From Negaprion brevirostris (Eukaryota): 64,000 nt of DNA. Each line of letters begins with the position of its first letter. Positions within the stretch are counted from its first letter, which is position 1. Both the position numbers and the translations under genes were made by a program. This document shows, one piece after another, positions 25,401 to 38,970 of the stretch. The notes under the pieces were generated by a model. The model searched no databases, was not told where the DNA came from, and saw only the letters and a list, made by a program, of their open reading frames with translations. The stretch lies in contig JARDVH010000025.1 of the NCBI GenBank assembly GCA_030324005.1, positions 74,355,676 to 74,419,675 on the forward strand, read 5' to 3'.

Positions 25401-28400
25401 ATGAATGAAACCCATGAAACAAATCTGATTGTTAAAATATCCAGCATGTGGTAAAAAGAGAACAGAAAGTTAAGAAAGGCCTATCCTGTAGCTGATTAGA
25501 ATATTTGCATATTCTGCTCAGAGACTTAAAAAAAAAGTGGTCTTCGCTGAATCGACTGAGCCTGTGGCTTAAATCAGCCCAGTGCCTCTGGCAACTTTGC
25601 CAACTGCAGCAGTGAATCCTGTACAAAAGCGGAGAACGTTGTACAATCAGTGGAATAACCAGAAATAATTTGCAGCATTTGCACATCTTTGAATGTTGAA
25701 AGGATCTATTTTTGAAATAAGTAATTCAAAAAGTTACACAGTATAATTTGATCTTGTGGTTGATTTTTTTTTTCATTTCAGTGCATATTTAAACCTTTGA
25801 CGACAGCTATTTTGAACTACAGCCTTTAAGATGTATACTATTTTTACTTGCATAACTGTTTGAAATGTTACGTGCATTTTTTAAAAAAATAAATCATTCA
25901 CAAAGATTTGGTTTTAAAGAAACAAAGTAACCTTGTTACTGTTGCAGAAAAAAATTTCTACATAAAATGGGAAGGTCTAGACCAGATCCAGATAACCTCC
26001 TTTCCTCTGTTCAGCAATTAATGCAAACATTTCACTGTGTTAACTCAAAACCATTTTTTTAAGCATATTTTTCACAAATCCAGCAAATGACAGATCAAAT
26101 GAATGGAAACTATATATAATTCCACTTTTGTCACCAAAATAACTTAATGCAATGAATAATGGATATCTTCCTGTCAATAGAGAGTAGGCTGCAAACCATA
26201 TTATGTGTAGGTGTAGAAAGGCATATCTAACTTTGCTCTAAGTAAAATGTCTGCCCTGCAACCCTGAAATAACAGTAGAGCATAAATTTTACAAATTTGT
26301 GGTCGTGGCCGATAGCTTTACTTGCAAGAAAGGCATATGGTTAATTTGATCATGGAAATCAACAGGCTTTACAAGATTTTCCAATCATTAATTTTAATGG
26401 CAAGAGAATCCTGTGGACACTGCTGACCTCTGCACTTCAGCTCATGATATAGACTTTGGGTGAAAGGGGAGGTTGATAATATTCAGAGAAACAAGGATCA
26501 ATAAAATACCTGAACAAAGAAATAGTAAATTACATTCAGTGTGGAGAATTGCAAGGTCATGTATTTAACACAATAACATTTAAAAAGGACTTGTAGTATG
26601 GGAAGAGGAAAATAATGCAAGCATCATTTCTGGTGATTCTTCATCTCATGTGTTGCTGTTATCTGCAAGGTTGCCAAAATATTGGGATACACAAAAAGAA
26701 TATTTGATTGTAAAACAACTTATTTGAAACGTGTAGGAATGTGATGATTTATAAACTTGGAGTGCTGCATTTAGTCCTAAGATATTTAGCAGCCTAGTGC
26801 TCCAAGTGTACAATTCTATTGACACTGAACAGTTTTGCATTTGCACCAATGGGAAAAATAGCAGAGTAAAATCGGTGGGGGAGGGGAGGGATTAGCTAGA
26901 TCTTCATCTCTGGTTCAGGAAACACGAGTTGGAGCAGTTCCTGACTTTGCCAGAACAAACTTTCCCATACCACCCACCTCATATTTCCATCTCCTAGAAA
27001 TCAACACAGACAGGTTTTGGCCTACCACCTCTTTTGGCAGCCCAAGGCAGGAGTACCAAGAGGGCTGCTGAGAAGGCCAACCTTCATTCTCGGAAATATC
27101 ATCCTACCTTTCTACATCCATCATATGCCCACTAACCCTCACATTTCACTGCCCTCTACTGCCACTCACCCCTTAGGCCCCTCAGATCCTCCATTGCTGC
27201 TCGTCCAGTATCCACTACCTCAGGAGCCTTTGTAATAAGTAATGGTAAGTTTTTTGAAAGGGACACAAAGAGAGAAGTTCTAGCAATCTGAGAGAATTGT
27301 ATTTCAAATGCCCAATACTAAAAAAAAACCAAATCCACTGAAAGTGGATCCCCACAAGTGGTTATTCAGTTATAAAAACAAACATCTACACAGAGAGCAC
27401 ACCAAAGACCAGTAATCCTTAAATACCTCTTAAAACTGTCAACTGAACTGTCTGTATAATCCCCTGCTAAGTGATTTAGCAACTTTTGAAGCTCAGCCAT
27501 GAAGGGCTCAGTTGGCAAAACAAACCTTTGTAGCCTCAGAACTAATTGAAACCGTAATAACAGCAGATTGTTTTTTCTTACAAGCTACAACAGATGGCCC
27601 ATCATTCAAAGAATTCCAGGGATAGGTGGCTGTTTCTTTTCCTAAGTGAAAGCAGCTCGCCATTCTTTCCATCTTAAACCACTGTGGACAGTTAAATCAT
27701 TTCAGAGCATGAGACCCTCGCACTGATTTTCATAGTTTTTAATAGTAACATTTTATCCAATGGGAAAAGTACCCTGATGCACATTTACACTTACACAGTG
27801 CTGGTCAATATAATGGTCAGCTTATTTTTTCATGACAGAAATTTGTGATTGTTCACTGCAGTAAAAGCACATCTATCATACATTTAATAATCGCATTTTT
27901 AACACTTACTTACCAGGATGTTCCTTAATCCTCAGCAGACTTCCCAAAAGTTCCTGAAATCTCTTACCTGGCAGTTTTCCCAAAGGTTTCTAGAATCTGC
28001 CAGATCTGACGAGAATACAAATCTCAGTCCCCCAGATTGCTCAGTGGTGACCCCAACATCACAGAATCTGCCATTGAGGTTGCAACCTGCCTTGCCTATG
28101 GGAAGCTTGTTTTGTGTGGAGCTCTTTTTGAGGAGAAAATTCTAACTTTGGGTCTTGCAGGCCTCAGTTTTCATGATTCCCATATCCATTGCTAACTTTT
28201 TTTTGGGACACAGGAATCTGGTCCAGATACTGGGTGTCAATTTGATTGCCAAGTGCGTTAATGTCGAGTGTCCAGCCTCCGAGAGGTACCCACATAACTT
28301 TGTGTTTTGACAAGGTGCTGTGGAGCTAGATTCAAAACCAACCAGCTCCTTGGAACTTGTAAAGCTTTTTTACGGAGTGTTTTTAAATTGAGAAGAAATA

Positions 28401-29020
28401 GGGAATGAACCAGCATTACTGTTCTCGAGTTTTAAAATGAACTGTGGTGGAAACAAAACTCTCTGTCGTTTTGCCATACTGTGCTTGACAACCAGTTGTC
28501 ACCAAGTTGTTTGCTACAGTATAACTAAGCAAGAAAGGACCAGAAAACTGATAAGAATATATTCCAGCCCTTCCGAATGCTACGAAGCATAGATGATGTC
28601 GATATAGGCGGGGTATTACATTTTGATTAAGAATGTACACCCATAGGGCACAAATCCATCACTAATAACTTACAAGATCACTACAGAAGTCAGATGACAC
28701 CAACCTGTTGTGCAATCACTAGAGATATTCAAACCCTTCATCTGATAATTACTTCTTAAAAGGCAACTATGCAGGTGGGGCAAGGTTATTTAACCTCTTG
28801 GCCAAGCAGGAGAAAGAACAAGCACTGCTCAATGACAGATCACCCTACCTTGGGGCAGAGATAAAACTGTGAGGATCAATCCTGATACTGCAGAAGTACA
28901 TGTTTAATCTCAAGATTACAGTCTTAATAATGTAACAATCTTGCTCGGAACATTGTTGTCTCAGTGAGACAGGAGGACAATGATAAGGATGCATACTGGG
29001 GAAATAAAGGAACCTCTTCC

Positions 29021-29570
29021 TTTTGGTTGCCGCATTTGCGAAAGGATATATTGGCCTTGGAGGGAGTGCAGAGAACGTTCACTAGGCTGATACCGGAGAT
29101 GAGGGGGCTAGCCTATGAGGAGAGATTGAATAAACTGGGTCTGTACTCATTGGAGTTTAGAAGGCTGAGGGGGGATCTTATAGAGACATATAAGTTAATG
29201 AAGGAGCTAGATAGGGTAGAGGTAGAGAGATTCTTCCTGCTTAGAAAGGATAGCAGAACTAGAGGGCACAGCCTCAAAATAANNNNNNNNNNNNNNNNNN
29301 NNNNNNNNNNNNNNNNNNNNNNNNNNNNNNNNNNNNNNNNNNNNNNNNNNNNNNNNNNNNNNNNNNNNNNNNNNNNNNNNNNNNNNNNNNNNNNNNNNNN
29401 NNNNNNNNNNNNNNNNNNNNNNNNNNNNNNNNNNNNNNNNNNNNNNNNNNNNNNNNNNNNNNNNNNNNNNNNNNNNNNNNNNNNNNNNNNTGATCTTGTT
29501 GAATGGCGGGGCAGGCTCGAAGGGCTAGATGGCCTACTCCTGCTCTTATTTCTTATGTTCTTATGTTCTC
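29021..29570 (+). mobile_element. CR1 LINE 3' fragment
   Basis: FWLPHLRKDILALEGVQRTFTRLIPEMRGLAYEERLNKLGLYSLEFRRLRGDLIETYK...RTRGHSLKI; (TTCTTATG)n tail. Confidence 0.95.
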
Positions 29571-29601
29571 CCTATTCTTGAGTCACGATAAACAGGTTTT
29601 T

Positions 29602-29896
29602 AAAGTTTATTTATTAGTCACAAATAGGCTTACATTCACACTGCAATTAAGTTACTGTGAAAATCCCCTAGTCACCTCACTCCGGCACCTGTTCAGGTAC
29701 ACTGAGGGAGAATTTAGCATGGCCAATTCACCTAACCTGCATCTTTGGAATGTGGGAGGAAACCAGAGCATCTGGAGAAAACCCACGCAGACATGGAGAG
29801 AATGTGCAAATTCCACACAGACAGTGACCCAAGCCAGGAATTGAATCCAGGTTCTTGGCGCTGTGAGGCAGCAGTGCGAACCACTGTGCCACCCCT
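29602..29896 (-). mobile_element. HE1-like V-SINE with alternative 3' tail
   Basis: tRNA-like head and core as in HE1, but the tail is GGGGATTTTCACAGTAACTT..TTGCAGTG..AATGTAAGCCTA.TTGTGAC.AATAAA. Confidence 0.85.
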
Positions 29897-30007
29897 GCTT
29901 GAAGAAGATAATTCTATTCATGCCCATTCATTTCTTTCAACTGTATAACAGAAATAAATGAAAGGAATAAAACAGGAATATTTAATAAGTAAATTAATTT
30001 TAAAAAC

Positions 30008-30340
30008 TTTGCACTTATAAAGTGCCTTTAACATAGAGATGCTTCCCAAAATGCTTCACAGAAGTATCATCAAACAAAATTTGTCATCAAGCCACATATA
30101 GGATAATAAAGATAGGTGACCAAATGCTTTGTCAAAGAGCCTTACAAAAGGAGAAAGAGGGAGAGAGATTTAAATGTTTCGGAGGGAATTCCATTCCTCA
30201 GGGCCTTGGTAGCTGAAGCTATAGTTGCCAATTGTGAAGACCTAAATCAAGAAGGACAAAAGGCCAGAATTGGAGGAGTGCAGAATTGTAATCAGAGATA
30301 GAGAGGGGTGGGGCAGGGCAGGGCCATAGAAGGACTTGAA
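30008..30340 (-). mobile_element. L2-clade LINE 3' end
   Basis: TTGCACTTATAAAGTGCCTTTAAC tail; colinear with 15755-16060. Confidence 0.6.
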
Positions 30341-32129
30341 CAGACCTCATCTTATCCTGTTTCATTCGTCTGTGAAATGTGGTGATCCTGAGGACTTTGG
30401 ACTCAATAGCGATCTCTCAATAAAGGGCCGGGATGTACTGGTGGGGGGGGGGTGTAGTGGGCAGGGAACGGAGGTTAAAAATTTAATATTTCAAAAGTCT
30501 GAAGACTTTTTCTTTACTTGCATAAGAGCAAAAGAAATTATGCACAGTTAAAAGGACAATTTGTTGTTGGATCCTGCAATACCAATCTATATTCTATGAT
30601 ACTGAGTCATAACATTCGTGCTCCCCAGCATCAGATTTGGTGGGGTAGGGGGGAGTACCTCAAAGATGCACTGGGGAATCCATCTCAGATTTTCATAAGT
30701 TAACATTTGTATCCAGCAATTACCCAGAAGTTCAAACCTCCTCTGGGCAATTGCCCTGCAATGTGAATCATCTGAAAGTGTGATTTAAATCGCAAACTTC
30801 GGATAGTCCTGACAGGGTTACACTCATAGTTACTCGGAAAAATTTAAAACAATTAATACCTCATCTAACTTCTGGGTAACTAATGTAAGACCCAGTAGTT
30901 CCGAGCTTCGGATCATCCTATCTGATCCACGATAACCCCATGATTATCCTTCCTGATTCCCTATCAAATCTTGACTTAAGGCCACAATTAGGCCAAGCAT
31001 CCTGGATTTCTGCACAAATTGAAGATTGACTCTAGAACACTGCTGTTTAAAACCCTGGAGAAAGTTAGAGGGGCATTAAAAAAGATGTTTTTTTGTCATT
31101 TTCTTTGAACTTTTCTCTTTACTGGATATAAAAATGTTGAAAATGGGAAATAAAAGTCTGTTTGGCTGACTGTCAAGCATTTTCCGATTGGATAATGAGT
31201 CCTTTTGCTTTTCAGTTAGCAAAGGAAGGCAGTGCGTTAGCAGGCCGGATGTGTTGGCAGACTGGGGATAAGTCATGTGATGAAACCTCCAGGAACACAT
31301 TTAATCACAATTGGCAACCCTAGTTCAAACATTTACTCATTTTCCTCCCCAGACTCCCATAATCCAATCCTACTTGTATCTGGAAATTGGAACACTATCT
31401 CCTGCACGCTCATACCTTAGCAGTGTCCACATTATGTTGTGGACGCTCCTTGGACCTCACTGTTTGAATGCTGGCTATTAATGGTGCACGGATACATATT
31501 CTAGAAATAAGTGCGCCTAAATTTCTAGGCCTTTGGCTGCTGTGTGATTTGCTATGAAGACGCTTTTGTCATACTCCAAGGCAATGAAATCTGTTTGTCA
31601 TTAACAGCTGTTTGTTAGACAGAGATGGAGTATCTTTGGTGATGGGGATTTAGGCCAGACTTGGGAAAAGGATATATTACAGATGAAAAATTAGCTGGAC
31701 TGATTTGGTTGTAAAAGGTTTGAATGCAAGTTGAGACGTCGAAGATGGATTTCCTCCAACAAACCTGGTTTGCTTACATTTCTTTGTGTCTGGAGAGGGC
31801 CAAAAGATATAGGTAGTGTACATTTACATTAGAAACATGACACACAGTATAATGTGTGAACAACAAGGGACATCTGGTCAAACAGCTGTTCACTAAATAG
31901 AAAAGCATTAGGATAAATGCACTATACACTAAATAGAAAAGCATTTGGCCCTGTTTTGATAGCTGCTTGACAATAAGGAGAGGGTTGTGGTGTTAGCACT
32001 TCTCTACGTGTGAAAAAATAGCATTCTTTTTGAATTAACTTTGCAAATTAGTGTGGTTAGTCAGAATTCTCCCAACACGGAAATTTTCCATTCACTGTTC
32101 ACAATGAACTGAATTAGAAATTCGTTGTG

Positions 32130-32282
32130 TAGGGTGGTGAAATTGGTCTTTACCGGTAGTGTACTCAGAGTGAATCAGCAGTTGGCTTTGTGCAAAACTT
32201 GATTTTCTTTCCATTTGCTTTAATGGAAAAGAAAACCAGACACCCTATAAATTGTGTTGTAAAAGCCCAATTTCACCTCCTA
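32130..32282. mobile_element. Palindromic MITE-like element
   Basis: TIR GGTGAAATTGG / CCAATTTCACC and central palindrome TTTTCTTTCCATT-N6-AATGGAAAAGAAAA. Confidence 0.6.
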
Positions 32283-33730
32283 TGTGTGCATATTATTAGG
32301 GGTGATAGGTCGGAATGAGTTATGTGCCCTTGGTTCTTCACACGGTGAGCTGCTGATCATACGAAGTACATGAAGATGATTTGATGCTCGCAGGGAGGCA
32401 GAGGACTCTGTAATCCTACACTGCCCTCAGATATTCTGGAGTAGCTGACAATTGGCATGTAAGTGCTTAATGCAGGTTTCCAAACAGTCCAACTGACATG
32501 GGACAGTGCTTGAGGTTGGGAAAATCCATTATAACTTAGATTAAAAAAGAGCATTCAAATGGATCTAACCTTGGGAAGAGAATCCAAAGACTTAGATATT
32601 TAAATTTGGGTTATTAAATATATCGCAAAATGAGCAGGAAGAGCATCTGGTAAACCATTAAGAATTTAGGCATATACCCTTGAGAATTTGAAGCTTGGAG
32701 GGTTTCCCACAACTAAACTGTGAAGGAAATTGTCTATTCTTCTCCCCCATCTCTACAGCTTTCCTCAAGAAGTTCAATATTTAGACCATTGAGGAAATTG
32801 CTATATACACTAGGGAACGTGGACACATTTTATCAGTTATGGAAAGCCATTACGATTTCTCATAAATTTAATCATATCTGTAACCCATCAGAGAATTTGG
32901 CGCTTGAGTGACAAATAGAAGGAGAGCCCAAAATCATCATTGTATTTCAGAAAATAATTTCACTGGCTTTTTTGTTTAAAGATGTCTTTCAGTCCCATAC
33001 AACTGCTCTTTTCTCTAATAGCTTGATGTACATTATGTAAACCTAATTTTGTAATGTTACTGTTGTTAAGTCACCATGTCCAATAATCCTGTATAATGTC
33101 AATGTAACAATCACTATAATGTTGTGATTTGGTAATGTTAATACACCCTAGAACTATATTATTATAGTACACAGTGTAGTACAGGCTTTGCTGATGACTG
33201 CAATCAACTGCATATTTATCACATAAATTGGAACCATTACAGACCTGCCTAATTATTACCACAATTATACTCTATCATGTTCACTTTTGGAACATGGCAG
33301 CTACAGCTGGCCAATAACATAAAAGAGCTACAAGAAAATTAAAATAATCACATATTTCATGTAATTGTACTGTTAATCTTTATTTAAACTTCTAAGTAAG
33401 TAACCACTTGGCGACAGTTGATAATTTTTCTGAATAGAATAAGTGATTATTTATGGCTGTTACTGATGGAATTTGGAAAGCAGTAACCTCGGGAAAATGA
33501 TATTGAGTGTTGCATAAGTGAAGGTGAGTCATGACATGTGTGAAATACCTGGACCATATTTGGTTGTTATGCAAATTTGACTTGAAATTGTTTCAATGAT
33601 TGTCTTGTGGAGGCCATTATATGATAATTTGCAATAGTATGGTTGGTAGTAAAAATTCCAAGACTTGATTTTAATCCAGCCTGTCTGGCAGCTAAAACCA
33701 AGTTTACGAACTTCCCACACGATTCACAAC

Positions 33731-34940
33731 ACAGGCAATTTTAACTGGTGATTACCCGGCTTTGGGGCAGTCGCCTGTCCTAGATAAGTGGGCAAAAGAT
33801 GGAAAGTGTTGGAAATACACAGCCATACTGGCAGCATCTGTGGAGAAATAGAGTCAAAGTCAAATATGATTTCTTCGGAACTGAAAGAAGGTAGAAACAT
33901 GATGGGTTCTACATTGTCAGAAGTGGGGGGTGGGGGACAGTGGGGAGAACAGAAGGGAAGGTCTGGGATAGAGTAAAGTGTAGAAGAGATTAAATAACAA
34001 AGATGCCATGAAACAAAAGACACTGGAAGTGGCAATGGATGCAACAAAGGCATTTGTCCAGAATGAGTACAAATGCCAGAATAATAGACAGCTCTCCAAA
34101 GGGAAAACATGAAAAATAAGATTCAACCTGGCACCCCACAAAAAACAAAATCAAAATGGGGAACACAGAGTGTATGGTCTGAAGCTGTTGAATTCAGTGT
34201 TGAGTCCAAAACACTATAGAGTGCTTAACTGAAAGATGAGGTGCTGTTCCTTGAGCCTGCATTAAGCTTCAGTAGAATTTTGCAGCAGATCAAGGACAGA
34301 AATGTGAGCACGCGAGCAAAGCAATTGGTGGGCCAGGGTCATGCTTAAAGGCAGAGCAAAGATGCTCTGCAAGCGGTCACCTGATCCACATTTAGTCTCC
34401 CCAGTGTAGAAGGTCAGTTCTGAAGAAAACATATTAGACTCAAACTCTCTTTGACTCTCCTGCCAATCCTGCTGAGTATTTCCAGTACTTCCTGTTTTTA
34501 TCTCAGATTTCCAGNNNNNNNNNNNNNNNNNNNNNNNNNNNNNNNNNNNNNNNNNNGAATTACAAATGCAAATTTGTAGCGTACTTGCGATTTTAATTCT
34601 GGGTCATCTAAGTCCTGGCCAGATACCGATCTGACTGAAAAAACTGATGGCAGGTGTGGCCCATGTAAGTCTTGTTTTCAATTTTTTTTAAAGACTGGTT
34701 TTGGGACACAAGGAGTGTTCTTGGCCCCACAGGCACACCATGGGTCTCCCTTGCCCAGGGCTTCCCTCCCCTTGCTTAAGGCTGTTCTCTGGTGGGAGCA
34801 GGCAGCCACGCAATTTTTCAGGCAAACCTGCTGATCATGCGGATCATCCCTCCCTGTTTCAGCTAGAGTTCAGGAGGAAACATTAACATGGGGCCATCTT
34901 TTGATCCTGCATTTCTCTCGCAGGTTAAAATTGGGCCTGT
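33731..34940. mobile_element. Non-autonomous TIR DNA element interrupted by a Penelope insertion
   Basis: Ends ACAGGCAATTTTAACTGG / CAGGTTAAAATTGGGCCTGT. Confidence 0.5.
33790..34514 (-). mobile_element. Penelope-like 3' fragment with inverted short pLTR (34413-34514 on +)
   Basis: Antisense to the 19700-20540 GIY-YIG/tail region (e.g. CTACACTGGGGAGACTAAATG, KLKEQHLIF), then an oppositely oriented tail copy CAGTTCTGAAGA...CAGATTTCCAG. Confidence 0.75.
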
Positions 34941-36686
34941 AACGATAGTAATCAACAAGATAATTACAGGCATGCATGTAATTAGTTAACATGCAAACGT
35001 GGTCAATTGGCTACATCACTGGAGTACAATCCAACACTTTGATCTGATTCTGAGGGCTCTCTGAACAGTCTAAGCCTGTCAGTCAAGGAAATTGAAAAGT
35101 AAAGAATTCGGGGAGGGGTTGGACTCAGAACTATTGATGCTGTTAGCATAAAGTGGTCCATTAGCTCTTTGGGAATTGAAATTTCTCTTTTGTCCATCCT
35201 TCCAATGAATGTGGGAAAATAATAGAAAAGTACAAAATATATATTAAGATTCAGTATGTATAATTGAAGTTTTGCATCAGCTACAATCAGCAACTCTGCA
35301 ATATTATAGTTTTTTAAAGGTCATACATGTCCATTGGGAACAATTGAAATTGACCCAAGATTCTGATGGACTAGATGCAAATCAATTAAAAGCAAGTACA
35401 TCAATGCACTTGAGTAATGAGAAAATCTATCAACCAATCAGCAACCGGCCGAAACACGACAAAATTGTTGGAACAGTTTTACTCCAATTTCTTTTGGTTG
35501 CTATGTTGCTTTTTGAGCCAATGACTTATGATAAGAAGCACATAAAAANNNNNNNNNNNNNNNNNNNNNNAATTAAATATGGCCATATTATTTTATTTTA
35601 TTTAGAAATCCCAATAACAATTTTCCTCTGCATAGGTCTTCTCCTTTCTCTGGCACCGGGCCAGCTGCGTTCAAGATAACCGTGTCTACATGCGGCCTAA
35701 CCAGCAGTCCTTAAAGGGACCGCTGGAGGCCGCCACCATAAAGGTAAGTTTTTGAAAAAATACTTACCTGAATGTGGAGCTGGGAGGAGAAGGAGGGCTC
35801 CACTTGGCTTCACAGGAGTCCTGTAGACTGTTGCCAGTCCCAGCTTGGCCCCTTCCCATTGTTTCCCTTAGCCTTCCTGATCGCTCACCCTCTCTCTCTC
35901 TCTCAATAAATTCCTCCCTTCCTTCCACCACCTCCTTCCAGGACCTAGCTGAGGGCCACTGCTGGGGAGGGGAGCCAAACTAACCTTTTCCTTGCGAAAC
36001 TGATGAGCTGCTTTTGGACACCCAATTGGTGTCTGCAGTTCACTGTTGAGACTCATAATCTCAGTTTTGGATGAGCCATGTGACATGTCACTGAAATCAT
36101 TCCATTGTGTTATAGCTAATAACACCTTGCCATGCATAGTTTTTATATAGTGTAACCTGTAGCATAATGTATTTGTTCTAAGGCCATAAACGTGTGCTTG
36201 TGTGTGTGTTTGTGTGAGTGTGTGTTTTTGTCTGTGTTTGGGGTAATGGGGAAATGACAGAAGTCATCATTGGTGAAAATTGCTGTACAATGCATATACT
36301 AATCATAGAATCAAGTATTATTTTAACATGTGGTAAAAGGAGAGATTATGCCTGCAGTGTGGATGATCTGAACTATAACTACCCAAGAATAATCTCGGGC
36401 AGAGAGTGAACAAGGTTGCAGATTGTTCAAGAGATTGATTTGATTTGGTAGAAATAAATTAACATGGGTAGTGATCAGCTTGGCTGTATTACTTAAGGAG
36501 CCAGCTTTTGGTAGGGTATAGCATGACTCAAACACCAGCAAACCATCCTAGACTTTCCTGACAAGGTATCCATACTGCAGAAAGCTGCAATAAAATTCAT
36601 TAGATTCAGCATATTTGGCTAAACAGGAGGATAGTTTTCCACTATTGGCAGCAAATTAAATTAAATGAAGCATACAGTAATTGTTG

Positions 36687-37005
36687 GGAGGTCTTGTGGT
36701 AAAGTGGGTGGCATCCCTGCCTCTGAACCAGAAGCTCTAGTTCTGAGAACCACTACCCCCCCGCCCCGAGACCTGACAGCCAAGGAAGGTGTGTTCATTA
36801 TGCAGCCAAATAGGTCAAATGTCAACCTGCAAATCCTTCCAATGTGTGCCAACGGCAGGCAGTAAAAGCAAGAGAGATGCCTGGCCAGCAGTGTGATGGA
36901 AAGAAAGTTTGAGCTTTTCCCCTATCTCACTACCATAGCTCAAGACTATAATGTGCATGTAAAAATCTATGTTGCCACATCAATTTGGACTACCTGAGTG
37001 ATCTG
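36687..37005 (+). mobile_element. Old tRNA-like-headed SINE, family C
   Basis: Colinear with 61338-61615 (CAGAAGCTCT, GCCAAGGAAGGTG, AAATCCTTCCAA, GGCAGGCAGTAA, TGTGAT.GAAAGAAA). Confidence 0.65.
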
Positions 37006-37697
37006 TAACACACTACCACCATAGTAAATATTAGATACAAAGGAGTTAAAATTTAATTAGTCCTCGGAGGCAAAATTAGTTTACCACATCCTTCGCACTC
37101 TGAAAAAGTTAATGAAAGTTGATGCTATTTTGCTGAATAGTTGAAAATCTGCAGAGGATTTTTGCATTGTCTTCTAGAGGTCAGGTGATCTTATGTAGAG
37201 TTTGATTGAATTTGATTGTTCCATTCTACACAATGGAAAGAACAAAAAAAAGTCACTGAACTGCTTAATATTGCTATTCCATAACTGTAACGTTGTGCTG
37301 ATTTATTTTTAGGATTATTGACTGGACATTCTTTCATGTTTATTAAGATAGTTGCTTTCTTTGTTCTTTGGTTCATAACTGTCTGATAAAGCAATTGATT
37401 TAAAGATGATAAATAAAACGATAATGAGTGTGGAACCAAAATGTTTGGTTCAAATACATTTAACAACTGACAAAATTTTGAAGGTATTAATTGCATTTTA
37501 AATTTATGGAAATAGTTTGTAGACTTTAAACCTTTTAATCTGAAGCAGAATTTGATCCTGCAGTTTTAGCTTGGGCATGCTTTATGTATCAGTAAATGAT
37601 TAACTAATCCATGATTAAACAGTAATATAAATCAATTTAAGAAGTTATAATTCTTTGAAATTATTTGTTTACTATTTTTTAAATTAAAAAGTACATC

Positions 37698-37976
37698 AGG
37701 CACCACGGTGGTGCAGTAGTTAAACCGGGTTTGATTCCCAGCTTGGATCATGGCCTGTGCGGAGTCTGCATGTTCTCCCTGTGTCTGCATGGGTTTCCTC
37801 CAGGTGCTCCGGTTTCCTCCCACAATCCAATGTATGTGCTGGTTAGGTGCATCGGCCAGGCTAAATTCTCCCTCTGTGTACCCGAACAGGTGCCAGAGTG
37901 TGGCACTTGGGGATTTTCACAGTAACTTCATTGCAGTCTTAAGGTAAGCCTACCCGTGACAAAAATAAACTGTAAA
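37698..37976 (+). mobile_element. HE1-like V-SINE with alternative 3' tail
   Basis: Reverse-complement homologue of 29602-29896; core GGGTTTCCTCCAGGTGCTCCGGTTTCCTCCCACA. Confidence 0.85.
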
Positions 37977-38439
37977 GTATAAAACTTTAAAAGCTGAAAT
38001 AAAAACAGCCCACATATTCTGTTTACCTTCCTTATACAGGAAATGATCATTATTATTCCAAAGAACTCAGAAATTGTGAGCAAGTCTAGTTCCTTTGAGT
38101 CCTGGCTGCTGCAGTCTCCCGTGGTGCCGATCCCAATCCCCAGAAATATAGAAACTTCTTCCCCCTGACTTGTGTGGGGATACTTTCTGCATTTCCCCAA
38201 CACAGAGAGTCATATCTTTTTGTCCTAAGATGGACCTCTGCAGTTCTGGCACAGACTTCCAAACCGGGCCTCTTCAGAAATGCGGAGTGAACCTTTTTCT
38301 GAGAGTCCTTCTTCCTAGTGCAGGATCATCGGGGGAAGCCAGGCCCTGTCCTCTCTTTATGGCACCAGCTGCCGTATTCCGGTAAGTAGAGTGTTGGAAG
38401 ATCTCAAAGCCACTTTGAGAAGCCACAGAGAGTAAGTAA

Positions 38440-38970
38440 TTGTGTAAGGTAGGTGGAGTGGGTAGGGGTGTGATGGGGGGTGGGGTGGTGGGTGTTGATA
38501 AGGTGAGGGGTGGGTCGGTGAGGGGGCTGAATGGAAGATGGGTGAGGAAGGGTGTAGGGTGGAAGGTGGGTTGGGGAGGACTAAGGTAGCANNNNNNNNN
38601 NNNNNNNNNNNNNNNNNNNNNNNNNNNNNNNNNNNNNNNNNNNNNNNNNNNNNNNNGAGGGTTAGTTGGGTGAATGAGGGAGTAGAGGGACAGTTGGGTG
38701 GATGAGGTGGTAGTTTGGCAGGTAGTGAGTGAGGGACATAGTTGGCAGTTAAATGGATGGGGGCAAGGTTGGCAGGTGGGTGGGTGAGGATAGAGTGGTT
38801 TGGTGGTATGGGGCAGAGTTGTGTAATTGCGGGTTAGGGAGTTAGTTGGGGTTAGTCAGGGGGGATATTCGAGTTGGGGGGGTGTTGGGGGTTGTAAAGG
38901 TTAAGGAGGGTGGTTGGAGTGTGTTGGTGGGGAAGTAGTTTGGGAATCCTGTGGGGATTCGGGGGTCGGT
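38440..38970 (+). repeat. G/T-rich low-complexity tract
   Basis: Dense GGG/GGGG runs with strong C depletion on +; N gap inside. Confidence 0.7.
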
